Assembly: GCA_015680685.1 (NCBI GenBank)
Contig: MNCI01001153.1
Coordinates: 215,582 to 279,581 of the forward strand
From: Gnetum montanum
Taxonomy: Eukaryota; Plantae; Gnetophyta
DNA length: 64,000 bases
Direction of reading: 5' to 3'
The stretch's first letter is position 1; every line of letters begins with the position of its first letter. The position numbers and the translations under genes are program-made. The notes below the pieces were generated by a model that did not search any database, had not been told where the DNA came from, and was given only the letters and a program-made list of their open reading frames with translations. Positions 25,756 through 37,931 of the stretch are shown here, piece after piece.

Positions 25756-28700
25756 TCGAGGGGCAACACTACCTCAAATCCATAGACTAGGCTGTAGGGC
25801 GTACTATCTGTAGCCATCCTACATGTAGTACGATATGCCCATAGCACATAGAGGATCTTTTCATGCCACTGTCTCTTGTTACTGTCGAGCATTTTCTTGA
25901 GCAGATTGATGATGACTTTATTTGTGGCTTCAGCTTGACCATCCGCTTGCAGGTAATAGGGTGAGAAAAAATATTGTTTAATGCCAAGGCTATCACAAAA
26001 GGATTTCGTTTCCAGACTACTAAACTGTGGCCCATTGTCGGTCACGATAGTCATCGGGAGACCAAATCTGGTTACAATGTTGTCTAGGATGAAATGGCAA
26101 ATTTCTTGAGATGTGATCTTCCGTAAAGGAATAGCTTCCATCCACTTTGTGAAGTACTCAGTAGCTGTGATGATGAAGCTATGCCCTGCGGAAGAATTTG
26201 GCGTGTTGGGCCCTATAATTTTTAGTCCCCATCGTTGGAAGGGCCATGTGATCTAGGTCGTATGTAGTTCTGTAGGCGACACGTGTATGAGATTCGCATA
26301 ACGTTGACACATGTCACATGTTTTGACCTTTGTAAGGCAATCTTTTTCCATGTATGGCCAGTAATACCCTAAGTGATGGATTTTTGAAGCCATAGCTCGT
26401 GGTGCTACGTGTCCTCCGCATAATCCTTCGTGGACCTCACCAACTAGACGTTCTGCTTGGTCTTTGTTAACGCAAGTAAGCAGCATGCCATCAAAAGAAC
26501 GTCTACAAAGAGTACTGTCTCCTATGATGATGTACTACCTAGCTCACTTGCGAATTGCATCTTTCTGTGCACATGTTAATTCATGCGGCAGCTTGCCTTG
26601 CAAGAGGTAAGTTTTGATGTTCTCATACCACTCTGGTGTGCTATCCTCGAGTAGCGAATATATTTGCGTCGCCTGAATGATGGGATTTGGGCAATCTGTT
26701 ATTAATGTAGGACAAGTGTCGAACAGATGTGATGGCACGTTTAAAGCCAGGGTAGCCAGTGCATCAGCCAATGTGTTATCATTTCGTGGCACATGTTGGG
26801 CATCGATGGTCATGAAATGCTTCAGAAGATCTTTAGCCATATCGCAGTAGGGCTATAAATGTGTAGCCTTGCAGGTGTAGACTCCTGTGATCTAATTTAT
26901 GACAAGCATCGAATCACCCCTGATTGCCAGGTGTCGAACATCAAGTTCTTTGGCTGTTAATAATCCCCTGAGAAGCCCCTCGTACTCTGCCACATTGTTT
27001 GTACAGGGAATGGTTAAGCGATAAGCATGAAGACGCACATCCTCAGGTGATAGCGTAATAACTGTAGCGGCACTGCTGCCTCTAACGGTTGAAGCTCTGT
27101 CAAAATATAACATTTCTTCGGGGCCTGTTAAAACAGGGCTTAAACTATGTACATGTTCATCTGGAAATTCAAGCTCTATGGTTGCCTGATTGTCAATAGG
27201 TGATGTTATTAGTTGGTCAGCTATCGCTTGGCCTTTCGTAGAAGATTGACCAATGTAATGCAGATCAAATTCTACCGTGATAGCTTTCCAACAAGCTATT
27301 TTGCTACTTTCTTATAGATTATGTGTAATGGCTCTAAGGATGTTATTTTTACAGATGATGTTGACCTGACTACGGAAGAGATAGTGCCTACATTTCTTTA
27401 GCATAAACACTAATGCTAGGCAATTATGCTCTACTTCATTGTACCTCATTTCGTACGCACATAGGGCATGACTCAAGTAGTAGATGGGTACTTCTGACCC
27501 ATCGCTTCTCTTTTGACAAAGTAATGTGGCTAAGGCTACGTCCGAGGTCGCAAGGTAAATGTAAAACGGCTAATCCCTTTGTGGCGGGAATACCGTTGGC
27601 AAGCATTGAAGTTCCTATTTTAGGCTGTCAAATGCATGCTGGCAATTGTCTCTCCACTCGAAATTAACACCTTTCTTGAGGAGATGCTACATAGGATGCA
27701 TTTTATTTGTTAATCTCGAGATGAACCGCTTGATAAACTGTAATTGTCCTTGTAACCCGCGTAATTGTTTGAGGTCTGTGGGAGGCGTTAACCCGACAAT
27801 GGCTTTGACCTTATCAGGGTCTACTCATATGCCGGTTTCTGACACCACAAACCCCAACATGCGTCCGATTTTGACTCCGAATACACACTTCTTTGGGTTG
27901 AGCTGGAGGTCGTATTTGGAGCATCTTTTAAGGACTAACTCCAGGTCCTCTGAATGACCTTCTAGTTTTATAAACTTAACAGCTATGTCATCAACATAAT
28001 CATTCAGTCTTCCTAGGAGGTAATCACTAAAGATGTATGTCATAGCCCGTTGATACGTCGCTTTGGCATTTATCAAACCAAAAGGCATCGTGGTATAGCA
28101 AAAGGTCCCCAGGGCGTTATGAACGTTGTGGTCAGTTGATGTTCTGGGTTGATGCGAATCTGATTATAGCCTGAAAAATCATCCATGAAGGATAGAAGGG
28201 CATGCCCAGCCGTTGTATCGACTAGCTGGTCGATACTCGGTAGTGGAAAGTTGTCCTTGATTGTGGCTTTGTTTAAATCTTGGAAATCTATACAGATGCG
28301 TATACTTCCGGTCTTCTTTGAGACAACTACAATGTTAGACACCCAATCCAAGTAATCAATCGCGTGGATGAAACTAGCCTGATATAGTTTGGTGATCTCA
28401 TCACGCACTGCTAGTGCGATTTCTAGTTTGATTTTTCGTGCTTTTTGCCTAATTGCTTTGATATGCGGGTCTAAGATTATGTTATGTTGGATTAACCTAG
28501 GATCTAGTCCCGGCATGTCTTCATATGACCATGCAAATACTGTGATGTTGTCCTGGAGGACCTGTTTTATAGTGTCATGCATTTTCTGGTCTAGTAGAGA
28601 ACTAACCTTAAGAGTTTTGGACTCACCTCTATGCGTAACGACAGAAACCTCGCTGAGGGGATCTTTGGTTATGTCTCCAGCCTCCAGGTTTAGTGTGTGC

Positions 28701-28888
28701 GTCGATTTTTCTGGCCATACTGGAGACGTTTCCGATGTGGCTATGGTTACGTCATCGAGGGAAGGGAACGTTTCTACTAGTGTAAAGTCGAATTGCCTAA
28801 CTATTCTCCCATAGGGACCTGTTAGAGTCAGGGGTGCTAAAAACGTTGCGTCCATTTGCCAACCATCTTGCAAAATCGCCAAATGCAT
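25756..28888 (-). pseudogene. pol: pol: RT-RH-aRH-integrase (integrase C-terminus truncated)
   Basis: RT: FAWSYEDMPGLDP, ICIDFQDLNKA, FSGYNQI, MPFGL, YVDD. aRH: LYFDRAS...PCTNNVAEYEGL...RGDSMLVIN. Integrase: VHEGLCGGH...CDMCQ, IVTDNGPQF, ADGQAEATNK, WAYRTT. Stops and frameshifts present. Confidence 0.95.
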
Positions 28889-29142
28889 AAATGATTAGTA
28901 GAGAACATGATGTGGTGTCGTCGAGCGTGAAAGTCTAACTGAATTTTGAATATTGTGAACAGCCTGTAATTAATGCTACCCGATTACGAGGTGATAAGGT
29001 GTGGTAGTTTAATGTCATTTCAGACAGTGGCGCATGCTATATCTGCCACATTAATGCCTTGATCTTCGGGTTCCATCTTATACTGATACCAGCATTTAGG
29101 AAAGTCCCGTTTTAATCGGGCATCAAGTCGATTAGTTTCGCA

Positions 29143-29150
29143 TATAAATA
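29143..29150 (+). promoter_or_regulatory. TATA box of the antisense nested gene
   Basis: TATAAATA, 155 nt upstream of the ATG at 29298. Confidence 0.6.
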
Positions 29151-29297
29151 GGCGGTCCCTATTGAAAATAGGCTATTGATTATTGCAAATTTGAATTCTC
29201 AACTATTACAGAGAGAAGGAGGAAGAGTGAAAGGTTACAGCACGTTACTCGTAAAGGTGTGAAAGCGTGCAAGTGTGAAGGTATTAGAACTGCAACA

Positions 29298-32200
29298 ATG
29301 ACGCCAAAAGTAAGATGGAAGAACACGAAGTTGGCCAAGATTGATGAGGTACAAGGGAGCCTGCAGCGTGCCTCGCAGGCCATGGTCGAAGTGAGAGACA
29401 TTACGCCTTTGAATCTGTAGGCCATCCCTTGCTTATTCGCATTATTTTTAATTATATGTCTTTTTTTTTGTTATAGTGTGCATCGTCTGCATAAATTAGA
29501 GTTTTAGGCTATGAACCTCACATTAAAACGAGGGTTTATACAATAGGATTGCATCTATCGCCATTGTCAGGGACAAACCTTGTACTGTTGCAAGGGTTTA
29601 GGCGATTTCGGGATGAATAGCTAAGCGTAATTTGTAGATTTTCTATAATTTAAGCATGTAAATCTGAATCTAGATGTTAATGTGTTTATTGTTTTCTTTG
29701 TATAGTATAATGTTAAAACCCGTCTTAATCGTCTTAGATATAGTCAGGGTTTTATGCTGTATAAACTCGATCGTACCTAATGTTCCTCCCCCTCAGACTC
29801 GGTTGCATGGGAGGGCCATATGGTTCCGAAAGGATGCGCTGGAGTTTTTACTGCGTAACTATAGCATTATTGTATCGTCACACCTATCGGGAGATATTGC
29901 TGGCACCATTTTGGATCACTTGCTAGTGGGTTCTACGCAGGGAATCCTGGCTTTCTTAACAGACGGGGCTATCAACACTGGTCATCCTCAGGACTGCGAA
30001 CTTAGCGCCAGAGGGTTGAAGTGCTTAAGTTGGATCTGGGAAATGGCCAGGTTTAGCTACTACCACGCATACAACACTTTGTTCATAGCCCATCATGTCT
30101 CAACTTACTTCTAGAACCCACCAAGCATAGTGTATTATTAAAGCGGGTAAGTTGTTTTTGTTGGCGGTATAGTCATTATGTATCTATTGTCTAGATTTTT
30201 GTAAAGCATAACATAAGAATATGTTGTATGATATAGGTTCTTTATCCATGAGAACAAGTTAGTAGGTGATAATGATACATTAACCTGGACCGAGACAGCA
30301 ATAAAGGCGTTTACCTTGACTAGCAACGTACGCGCTGGCGTAATGGGGCAAACCTTTGACATTCATGAGTACCCCATCTGTTATGCTGATTCCTTCCAGA
30401 ATTGCCAGAATCTCAGGTGGTTACATGAAGAATGGACTTTGGACCTACCTCTTACTGTCGCGGACGTGCAGAGGAAACTTCCTCCATTTCCTTTGCTATT
30501 TGGCCCTGGTAAGGTTTTGTTGCTACTGTGATTTACGAGATATTATATTGTTGTTCGTGTCTGGTTTGTTTTTGAAATGTAGCGTAATAGTGTTTTTGCT
30601 ACTTAGACATGTGTCTTACGTTGTTCAGTCAGGGAATCCCGGGAGATTACCACTACAATTTCTGGCCGCGAGGCGAATACCCTCCTTTTCCGCTATGGTG
30701 ACATTAAGGAGGCGCAACATTGACTTGGCCATGCGGCGGCCCCAGTTGCATTGGTCACCAAGCTGTGGGAAGCGAGGCTAATGAATTTATTTCTGGCCGT
30801 AACTCCTGATGTCCTAGCTAGTGAGATGTTAACCCTAGTCAACTCCTTCAGTGAGGGGGCTGAGCATTTTTGCACGCGCGTGCATCATGTGCGTGTGAAT
30901 TTTGATATTGATGCTCAGCTGTTTGCTGACCTCTTCGGCGTCCCTTTTGATGGTCTTCCCATAGAGGGAAGAGTGAGGAGGAGCCTCAAATGTTAGGAAG
31001 AGCTGGAGGAGTGGCTAGGGGCCAAGAAGGAGACCAAGGGGATCCCCTGTGAAAGGATTGAGTTAGAAATCGCCAAGACTATTCATCCCCTCCTCCGGGC
31101 CCAGGCTTTCCCAAAAACACTCGCAAGGGAGGTTCTTTACAATAGAACAGGCTCGTATCATGCGGGAGGTTATGGAGGAAGGAACCCAGTTCGACTAGGC
31201 AAGCTATTTTGCTGAGGGGTTATGTACTGAAATGGTCAGGCTCCGCCAGAAGCTTGAGTCTCGTTTCAATGTGCACTTCGCCTTCTTCATAGCTTGCCTC
31301 CGGCGTTTTGTCGAATTTTTGGTTGTCCAAAGGAATGGGGTCTGGGTCCAGCAAGACCGAGACCAGCTATCCAAACCTTGGATTTTCCACATTTTCGGCA
31401 CTACTCGAGGACAGGATCCTCCAGAGGGAATTGGGGAGTCATAGTCTATAACGACAAGGGATTTAGCAGCTCCTCGAGTGCAGGGCACTGACAGTGTAGG
31501 TGGGGTGATTCCCACTTACATCGGTGACGCATCACGGGGAAAACGCCTGGCAGCAAAAATCGTAGACACTTCAGCTCAGCGTAAATGGCCTCGGCTAACC
31601 GAGGCCCCTGTGGAACCAGCAAGTGGCATAGGCCGTACTGTGCAAGTCAGAGTTCAGCGGAGTAAACCTCCGCCTGGTAAGTGTAAAGATGTAGTTGTGG
31701 TAATTACTATATTTTGGAACTCTATTCAGTATATTTTGAATCGTTTAAATGCATTATGTGATATGAACAGTGAGGCCTATGGAGCAGTTGACCCCTGAAA
31801 TAGGGGCAGTGATATTGAGTCGTGGGGAAGGGGCCCCAATTTTGGAAGAGGAGGCCCCAGCTGTTAGGATAAGTGACGCACAAACCCTTGTGTGTGAGGA
31901 GAGGGAGGAGGCGGAAGATATTAACGCACTCCCCACTGTAACGGGCAGAGGTATGGAGTGTGTTAGAAATTTTAAGTGATCTTGTTAGTAATTAGAAATT
32001 TTAACTAAATTATGCTACAGGTGAAGAAGATGCATCCATGTCCGCCGCTGTGAGCAGAGCGTGGAGAGAATTTCCTGACAAGTGTGCCTTCATGGAAGGC
32101 GTTGTCAATGATATGATCGAGCGTCTCGAGCACGTCGATCCTGAGGCTAGTATGTTACAGCTATAATGGGCTTATTTTATTATAAAGTGGTAATTTTTCA

Positions 32201-33350
32201 TTCATATTGATAATGTTTGCTATTAGGAGCTCACCTTCAATGGGACCCAACGAAGCCCATTGATTTGGACACAGTGGAGCCTTCATCAAATGGGGCGGTC
32301 ATGCCACGTAACATTTATGAAGAGATGCATAAATGTGCGTTACGCTTGACTCACTCCTTGTGGGAGAGCAAGAATGTCAATGAAGACCTCTGGAAAAGGT
32401 TGCAGAGGTTAGAGAGGGAAAAGGAGTCTCTGGCCAAAGAGGTCGGAGACTTAAAATTATGATGCGAATTCCTGCAGGTGCGGGAAATAGGGGTAGAGGA
32501 CTGGCGTACAACTATTATTGACTACTCTCGCTATTGGACTATAGTCAAGAACAACGTGCAAACCAGTCGGGAGTTGGTGGAGCAGAGAATGCAAATAAAG
32601 CTGTTATCTCAGAAAAGCCAAGACTGGAAGGATTTCTGCGCAAGCGTGCAAGAGTGGGGACAGAAGGAAAAAGATCACAAGCATCTGTATAAGCGAGAGT
32701 GTCTCGCTTATCGTCAGCATTATTGTGATTCTGCTATCGAAGCTCAATCCTTGTGAGTATTCCTTGATGTCATTGGTGCATCCAAAGCTTTTGAGAAGTT
32801 CCAGGAGCAGGTGACCGTAAGTGCGTCCCCGAAAAGAGAGATTGCTCTTCCTGGGGGTGAGACTACAATCCCTACCTTCTTCCCTAAATGGCCCTAATGG
32901 CCTAGTGTGAAAAAGGGAAAGATAAAAGCTGGAGCTCCTCTAGGAAATGGAGTATGGTCTGAACTAACTGAAGATGAGATTATGCAGCGCCTATGGGTCG
33001 GTTTAGATCAGCTCCCCTTTGCTGCGGAAGCAGGACCATCGCGAGTAAGTTTGAACATTATTGAATCTAAATTGATTATGATGTCAAGTCTTTGCTAATG
33101 TATTTACTATATGTAGGTACAAGAATTGGATGGAGAAGGCGAACAGGGTGAGGAGCGAGTACAGACAGTGGAGCGTAATGATGAAGAGCGTCCTCCTGTG
33201 GAGCTGGTGTTAGAGCAAGGACCTCAGGAAGATAACGTTCCTCATGAAGGAATACCTTCTAAAAGAGATGACCCACTTGAGGACGATTTGTTGGGCTTAG
33301 AGCCAGACCTTAGGGATACAGGTGACAGTGGCACCAGGGGGAATACGTAA
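29298..33350 (+). pseudogene. Antisense 9-exon accessory gene (~1,100 aa): FCP1/NIF-like HAD domain + Transposase_32/Athila-ORF2-like domain + coiled coil + acidic tail
   Basis: Exons: 29298-29390, 29508-29620, 29706-30146, 30237-30508, 30629-31676, 31771-31950, 32021-32149, 32227-33044, 33117-33350. Introns are AT-rich, 70-120 nt and GT-AG (intron 2 donor decayed to CTAAGC), and all are phase-compatible. About ten transition-type stops and one frameshift at ~31120. Confidence 0.8.
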
Positions 33351-33543
33351 TTATGATTTACGCATGTTTTATTGATGAAATTGGACAATGGTTATATGAA
33401 TGTTGAAAGGTTGACTATAAGATCTACTGTATGATTTTTAAATGTTATCATTATTATTTTTTTAGTTTTATGTCTTTATTTGCAACGCGTAAGTGTAGTT
33501 GTTAAAGGTTTTGAATAAGTTACGTTGTTGTGAAATGGAATTT

Positions 33544-33760
33544 CTAGTTTAAGTCCATCGCAGGCTGCCATGTAACATTTGCGTAAGATACTAGGGAATT
33601 AGTTTTAGGCCGTTGCGGGCCTTTGCTAGTTTAAGGCCATTGCGGGCCATCGTGTAACATTTGCATAAGATACCAGGGAATTAGTTTTAGGCCATTGTGG
33701 GCCTTTGCTAGTTTAAGGCCATTGTGGGCCGTCGCTAGTTTTAGGTCGTTGCAGGCCATC
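33544..33760. repeat. Tandem array of ~27-bp monomers (TAGTTTWAGGCCRTTGYGGGCC core) with an ~82-bp higher-order unit
   Basis: Six core copies; the 82-bp unit is repeated twice. Confidence 0.85.
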
Positions 33761-33984
33761 TGTGTAAGTCTGGAAGTATAATTGATAATGTACATTTCTG
33801 TGTAATTGAGCTAATGTGACTAATAGCAATCAAAGTGCATAAATTGCGTAAAAATGAGGGATGTAAATAGAGTAATAGACAGCAAGCATAAATACATGTA
33901 CACAGAAAACTGTCAATCGAGTTCGATAAGCATAAACGGAAAACTAGTGGAAGCGTAGCAATGCACGTAAATGCCACTCAAATC

Positions 33985-36900
33985 AATCGCTGATTCGCAA
34001 TTGTTTCTTGATGGCCTTTACGCTCAGTGATGCGTAAGGACATGGAGATTTGTGACCTACCTCCTCCATACCACCATCCTGAAATGGTAGGTCGACCCAG
34101 GCTAGACTATCATCATTTGTTTCAATTTGTTCAGGGATTCGGGGATGGGTCTAATCATCGGATGTTTCTATCTCTGAACCCTGTTCTTCTTCGATATTGT
34201 TGATAATCTTGGGGGTAATTTCGTCACCGCGTATCACTACTTCCCCCCCTATGTAGGATAGGTGTATTTCTTGGTGTATTGGTGATGAAACCGTCCTCAG
34301 TTGGGCTAACCAGGACCTTCCTAGAATTAAGTTGAAACCAGGCATCTCCTCATCGACGAGGAATGTAGCATTTGTTGAGAATTGATCCCCTACCATAAAT
34401 TTGATGCGCACCATCCCCTTTACTTGAACCCGTGCTCCATTGAATGACTTTACACACGTTGTCGTTGTGGGACTGATCTGGTCGACCAGACCCAACCTAT
34501 CCACAATGGGGTAAGGGATGACATTTGTAGCCACACTGTCGTCCATGTGCACCCTCCGGATCCGGTATTGACTGACCCGGATGGTAATAAACATAGGTTC
34601 AGTTGTCACTTGACCTTTCTCAGGATCATCTTTAATGGATTCATCATGAAAGGTCAATGAGGTAGGTTTAGGTCGCTCAGCGTCAGAGGGAAACATGACA
34701 GCATGTATCGCTTCCTCTTCCGCTGGTAAGCTTTCATCCACAGATATGGATGTTAGCATACGGACCATGGCCTCACAGTGTTTTTGCGACATCATGAGTA
34801 GATCATAGAGGCTCAGTGTTGTATTTTTTTATTTCAGAGCTTATTTGACTTGCATAAACACGTTAAGGAGATCCCATTCTCTACTGGCTTGTTTGTCCCC
34901 TCTATCCTCTTCCATTCGTCCCAAGAGACGAATCTCCTGAGGTGGAACAGCGTCGGCCGGAGGGTTGCTCTTTTTCTTGCTGTGGGGAGGTGGCTGTGTT
35001 TCTGTACCCTTGTCTTGCCCAGAAGGCGCAGACGCAGGGATAGAGGCCAAGGGCCTGGGCCTAGCGAAGCCTAGAGTAGTATGATTTTTAGCGGCATTGA
35101 CTGACACGTCCCCTCCCCTTTGTTTATTAGGTGACGATTGATGGTTTTGGTCAGAGGCTTGCCCTTGCATAAAAGGAGCAGCCGGTGGTTTTGGTGCTCT
35201 GAGGATGAAAGGAACTTTAGGTGTAGGCATGGACATGGCCGCGGCTTTACTGTTAGAGCAAGGCTGAGTTAAACCTGGTGAAGGCGCCCGAATGACAAAG
35301 GGTGGCCTCGAGACGCCACTAGCTGTTGGTGAAAAGCTTGTCCGCCGAGGTGCACTGGTAGGCACGTGTAAAACAAAAGGTTGTTTTGGTGTTACCTTCC
35401 TTTCACTATCTGTACTCACCATGTTGATTGTATAGGGTGCGTTGTTTATGTTTAACGGATCCTTGTACACGTGCAACGCCTGGTTTTCCGAATGTGTTGG
35501 ACTACTGCCATCTAGTTTCAAAGAACCATCATCGATCATGCGTTGAATGTCGTCTTTCAACGCCCAGCAGTAATCTATGTCGTGACCACACAACTGGTGG
35601 TAGTCATAGAAATGGTCCAGCCTAAAAGACCTCAGAACTGGTGGTTCGTCAGGTAGGGCTAAAGAAGGATTCTTCAATAGTTCACAATGACACCTGTGAC
35701 GCTTCAGAGCTTCTCGGGATACTTTCTTGGTCTGAATGTATCCTGCCCCTAATAGTTGTTTCAATAGTTCCGAATGTTTTACAGGCAGGGCTGTATACTT
35801 TAAGCTATCTTTACGCTCAAAGTTTGGTTTTGGCTGGGGGGCTTTTCAATGGCAGCTGTGTCTTAGCTGGTGCTACTCGCACTAGCCGTGGTCTTGGGAG
35901 ATGCTATGGGTGCCTTCTTATTTTTGTTCTTGGTGCCTTTAGCCAACGCAGCTACCGTCATTGTTGTTATTTTACCTTTATCTTTGCCCTTGTTGTTAGC
36001 ATTTTTATAGGCGACATACACCGGGTCTTTGCTAGCCTCTGCAGCATCCTGGATGCTCTTATTTTGGGTGAAGGCCTGATGTAACGAGTTAGGGGAAATG
36101 TAATACAGCTTAGACTTAATGAAGTCATTAACTGCTCCTTTGAATATGGCCAGCAAATGGGCCTCTGTGATTGGCTCACGGATTTCATTCAAAGTAGCAC
36201 TCCATCGCTGTATGAACTTTTGGACTGGTTCGAGCAGGTCCTGTTTCACTCCCATAAGTTGATCTAATGTGACCTCTGGCTTTAGGTTGTATTTAAAGTG
36301 AGTCACGAATTGTATCAGGAGCTCTTCCAAGGTTGAGATGGAAGAGCGAGGGAGGGCTCGATACCAATCCAAAGCTTTTCCTACCAGAGACATCGCAAAG
36401 ACGTGGATGATTGTATGAGGCCATTGTTGTAGCAACAAGGATTCAGATCTGAATGTGACCAGGTGAGTGTTGGGATCTCCCTCCCCATTATATTTAGTGA
36501 AATGGGGTAAGGACATCCTTGGGGGCAATGACAGCATGGGGAACGCTGGACTAATGGGATCATCCTGATAGAAATCCATGATCTGTTTAGTATCAGAGCC
36601 AGCGGCCTTAAGGCATCTAACCTCCTCGGTGAGGGTCTGAATAAGTAAGAATGCTTGATCTAAGCCTGTTGATGAAGATGTTTGTGCAGGGGAAGCAGGG
36701 GGTTGACCTGAAAGAGTTGCGCCAGGCAATGGGAATGGAGGAATGGTTTGGCTGGTAGATGGTGCGGCGAGGATCCCTGTAGATAGAGGTGCCTGTGAGG
36801 ACCACCACCCACCGGTTTGAGAAGAGAGATTGGCTGCCGTTGGCTATGTAGGATAGGGATGATAAGGATATTGTGGGACCATCTGTGGAACATGCGTTGT

Positions 36901-37791
36901 GGGTGCAGCGAAGGGTTGCACACCATATACCGCAGACTGGTTATGTTGTGCCACGGGAATGATCCACTGACTCGTGGTGGGCTATTGGGCGGATATTTGT
37001 GGCTAAACGATGGCTGTGGTCTATTGGCTTGGAGGGGGCGGAAACGATAAAGTTTGCACCGGATTTTGTACCGAGCAGGTTGTAAACATGGCTTGGGGTT
37101 GGATCTGAGGGATGAAATGAGGCACGATGGATGCAGGGACCACCGACGGAATGCTGATTATGTGTGGTGATGAGACCGCCCCCAGGTTATTTTGGGGTGG
37201 TATTTGCACTTGCAGGATGGATGACTACGTAGTGACCTGTAGGATGGCAGGAATGTGAGTTTGAGTTGTCATGGTTGGATTAAGAGGGGCGAGTTCTCCT
37301 ATAAGAGCAAACAACGGATTTATGTACGTATGGGGACTAAGAGTGTGATATGAATGTTCAGACTGGGTTGCGAATTCATCATCTTCTTCTTCCCTGTTCT
37401 GAGGTTCTAGCATAGACCGTGTAGCCTGGCTTCTAGCCATGACCAACTATGTTATGATTTCATGGTAATGTTCTGTCAGGGGGATGATGTCATAGGCGGT
37501 TGGGGTGAAATCTTGACCCCCTCTATGGATCAGCTCAAATTTTCTTTTTTCTTCCATCTCGGCTCGGCTGAGAGCAAGCTTTGCCTGAATCTTGACGCAA
37601 ATAAAATTATATTCCTCAGGCGTCACGACGGTGAAAACAGGATCTTTGCCCTGTAACCTCAATGAACGACGCGACATTCCTTGAGGTCCTATAACACCAG
37701 AGGCTGGTCCGGTGGCGGCGATGGGATTCATAGATGTGGCACCTGAGTCAGTGGTAATCATGGCTACTGTGGTTGTGTATGCAGAATCCAT
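33985..37791 (-). pseudogene. gag: gag-protease of the Ogre-like element
   Basis: RRSLRLQGKDP N-terminus. Gag core: PHFTKYNGEGDPNTHL...FAMSLVGKALDWY. Tat/Ogre-type zinc knuckle: YDYHQLCGHDIDYCWALKDDIQRMIDDG. Protease: RVHMDDSVATNVI...NLILGRSWL. Confidence 0.9.
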
Positions 37792-37931
37792 TGGTCAAAT
37801 AGATTAATGGCGACAAGTGACTAGATCTAAAAAGTGATGGATGAAGAAGATCGCGATTAGGCTTTCTACCCTGTAGGATTCCAAAGGAATCGTTACTGCG
37901 ACCGATCTACACCACACTCTTTTTCGTAAAC

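Noticed and set aside
37808-37820. TGGCGACAAG as the PBS of the Ogre-like element
   Set aside because: It is on the wrong strand relative to gag and not adjacent to an LTR end.
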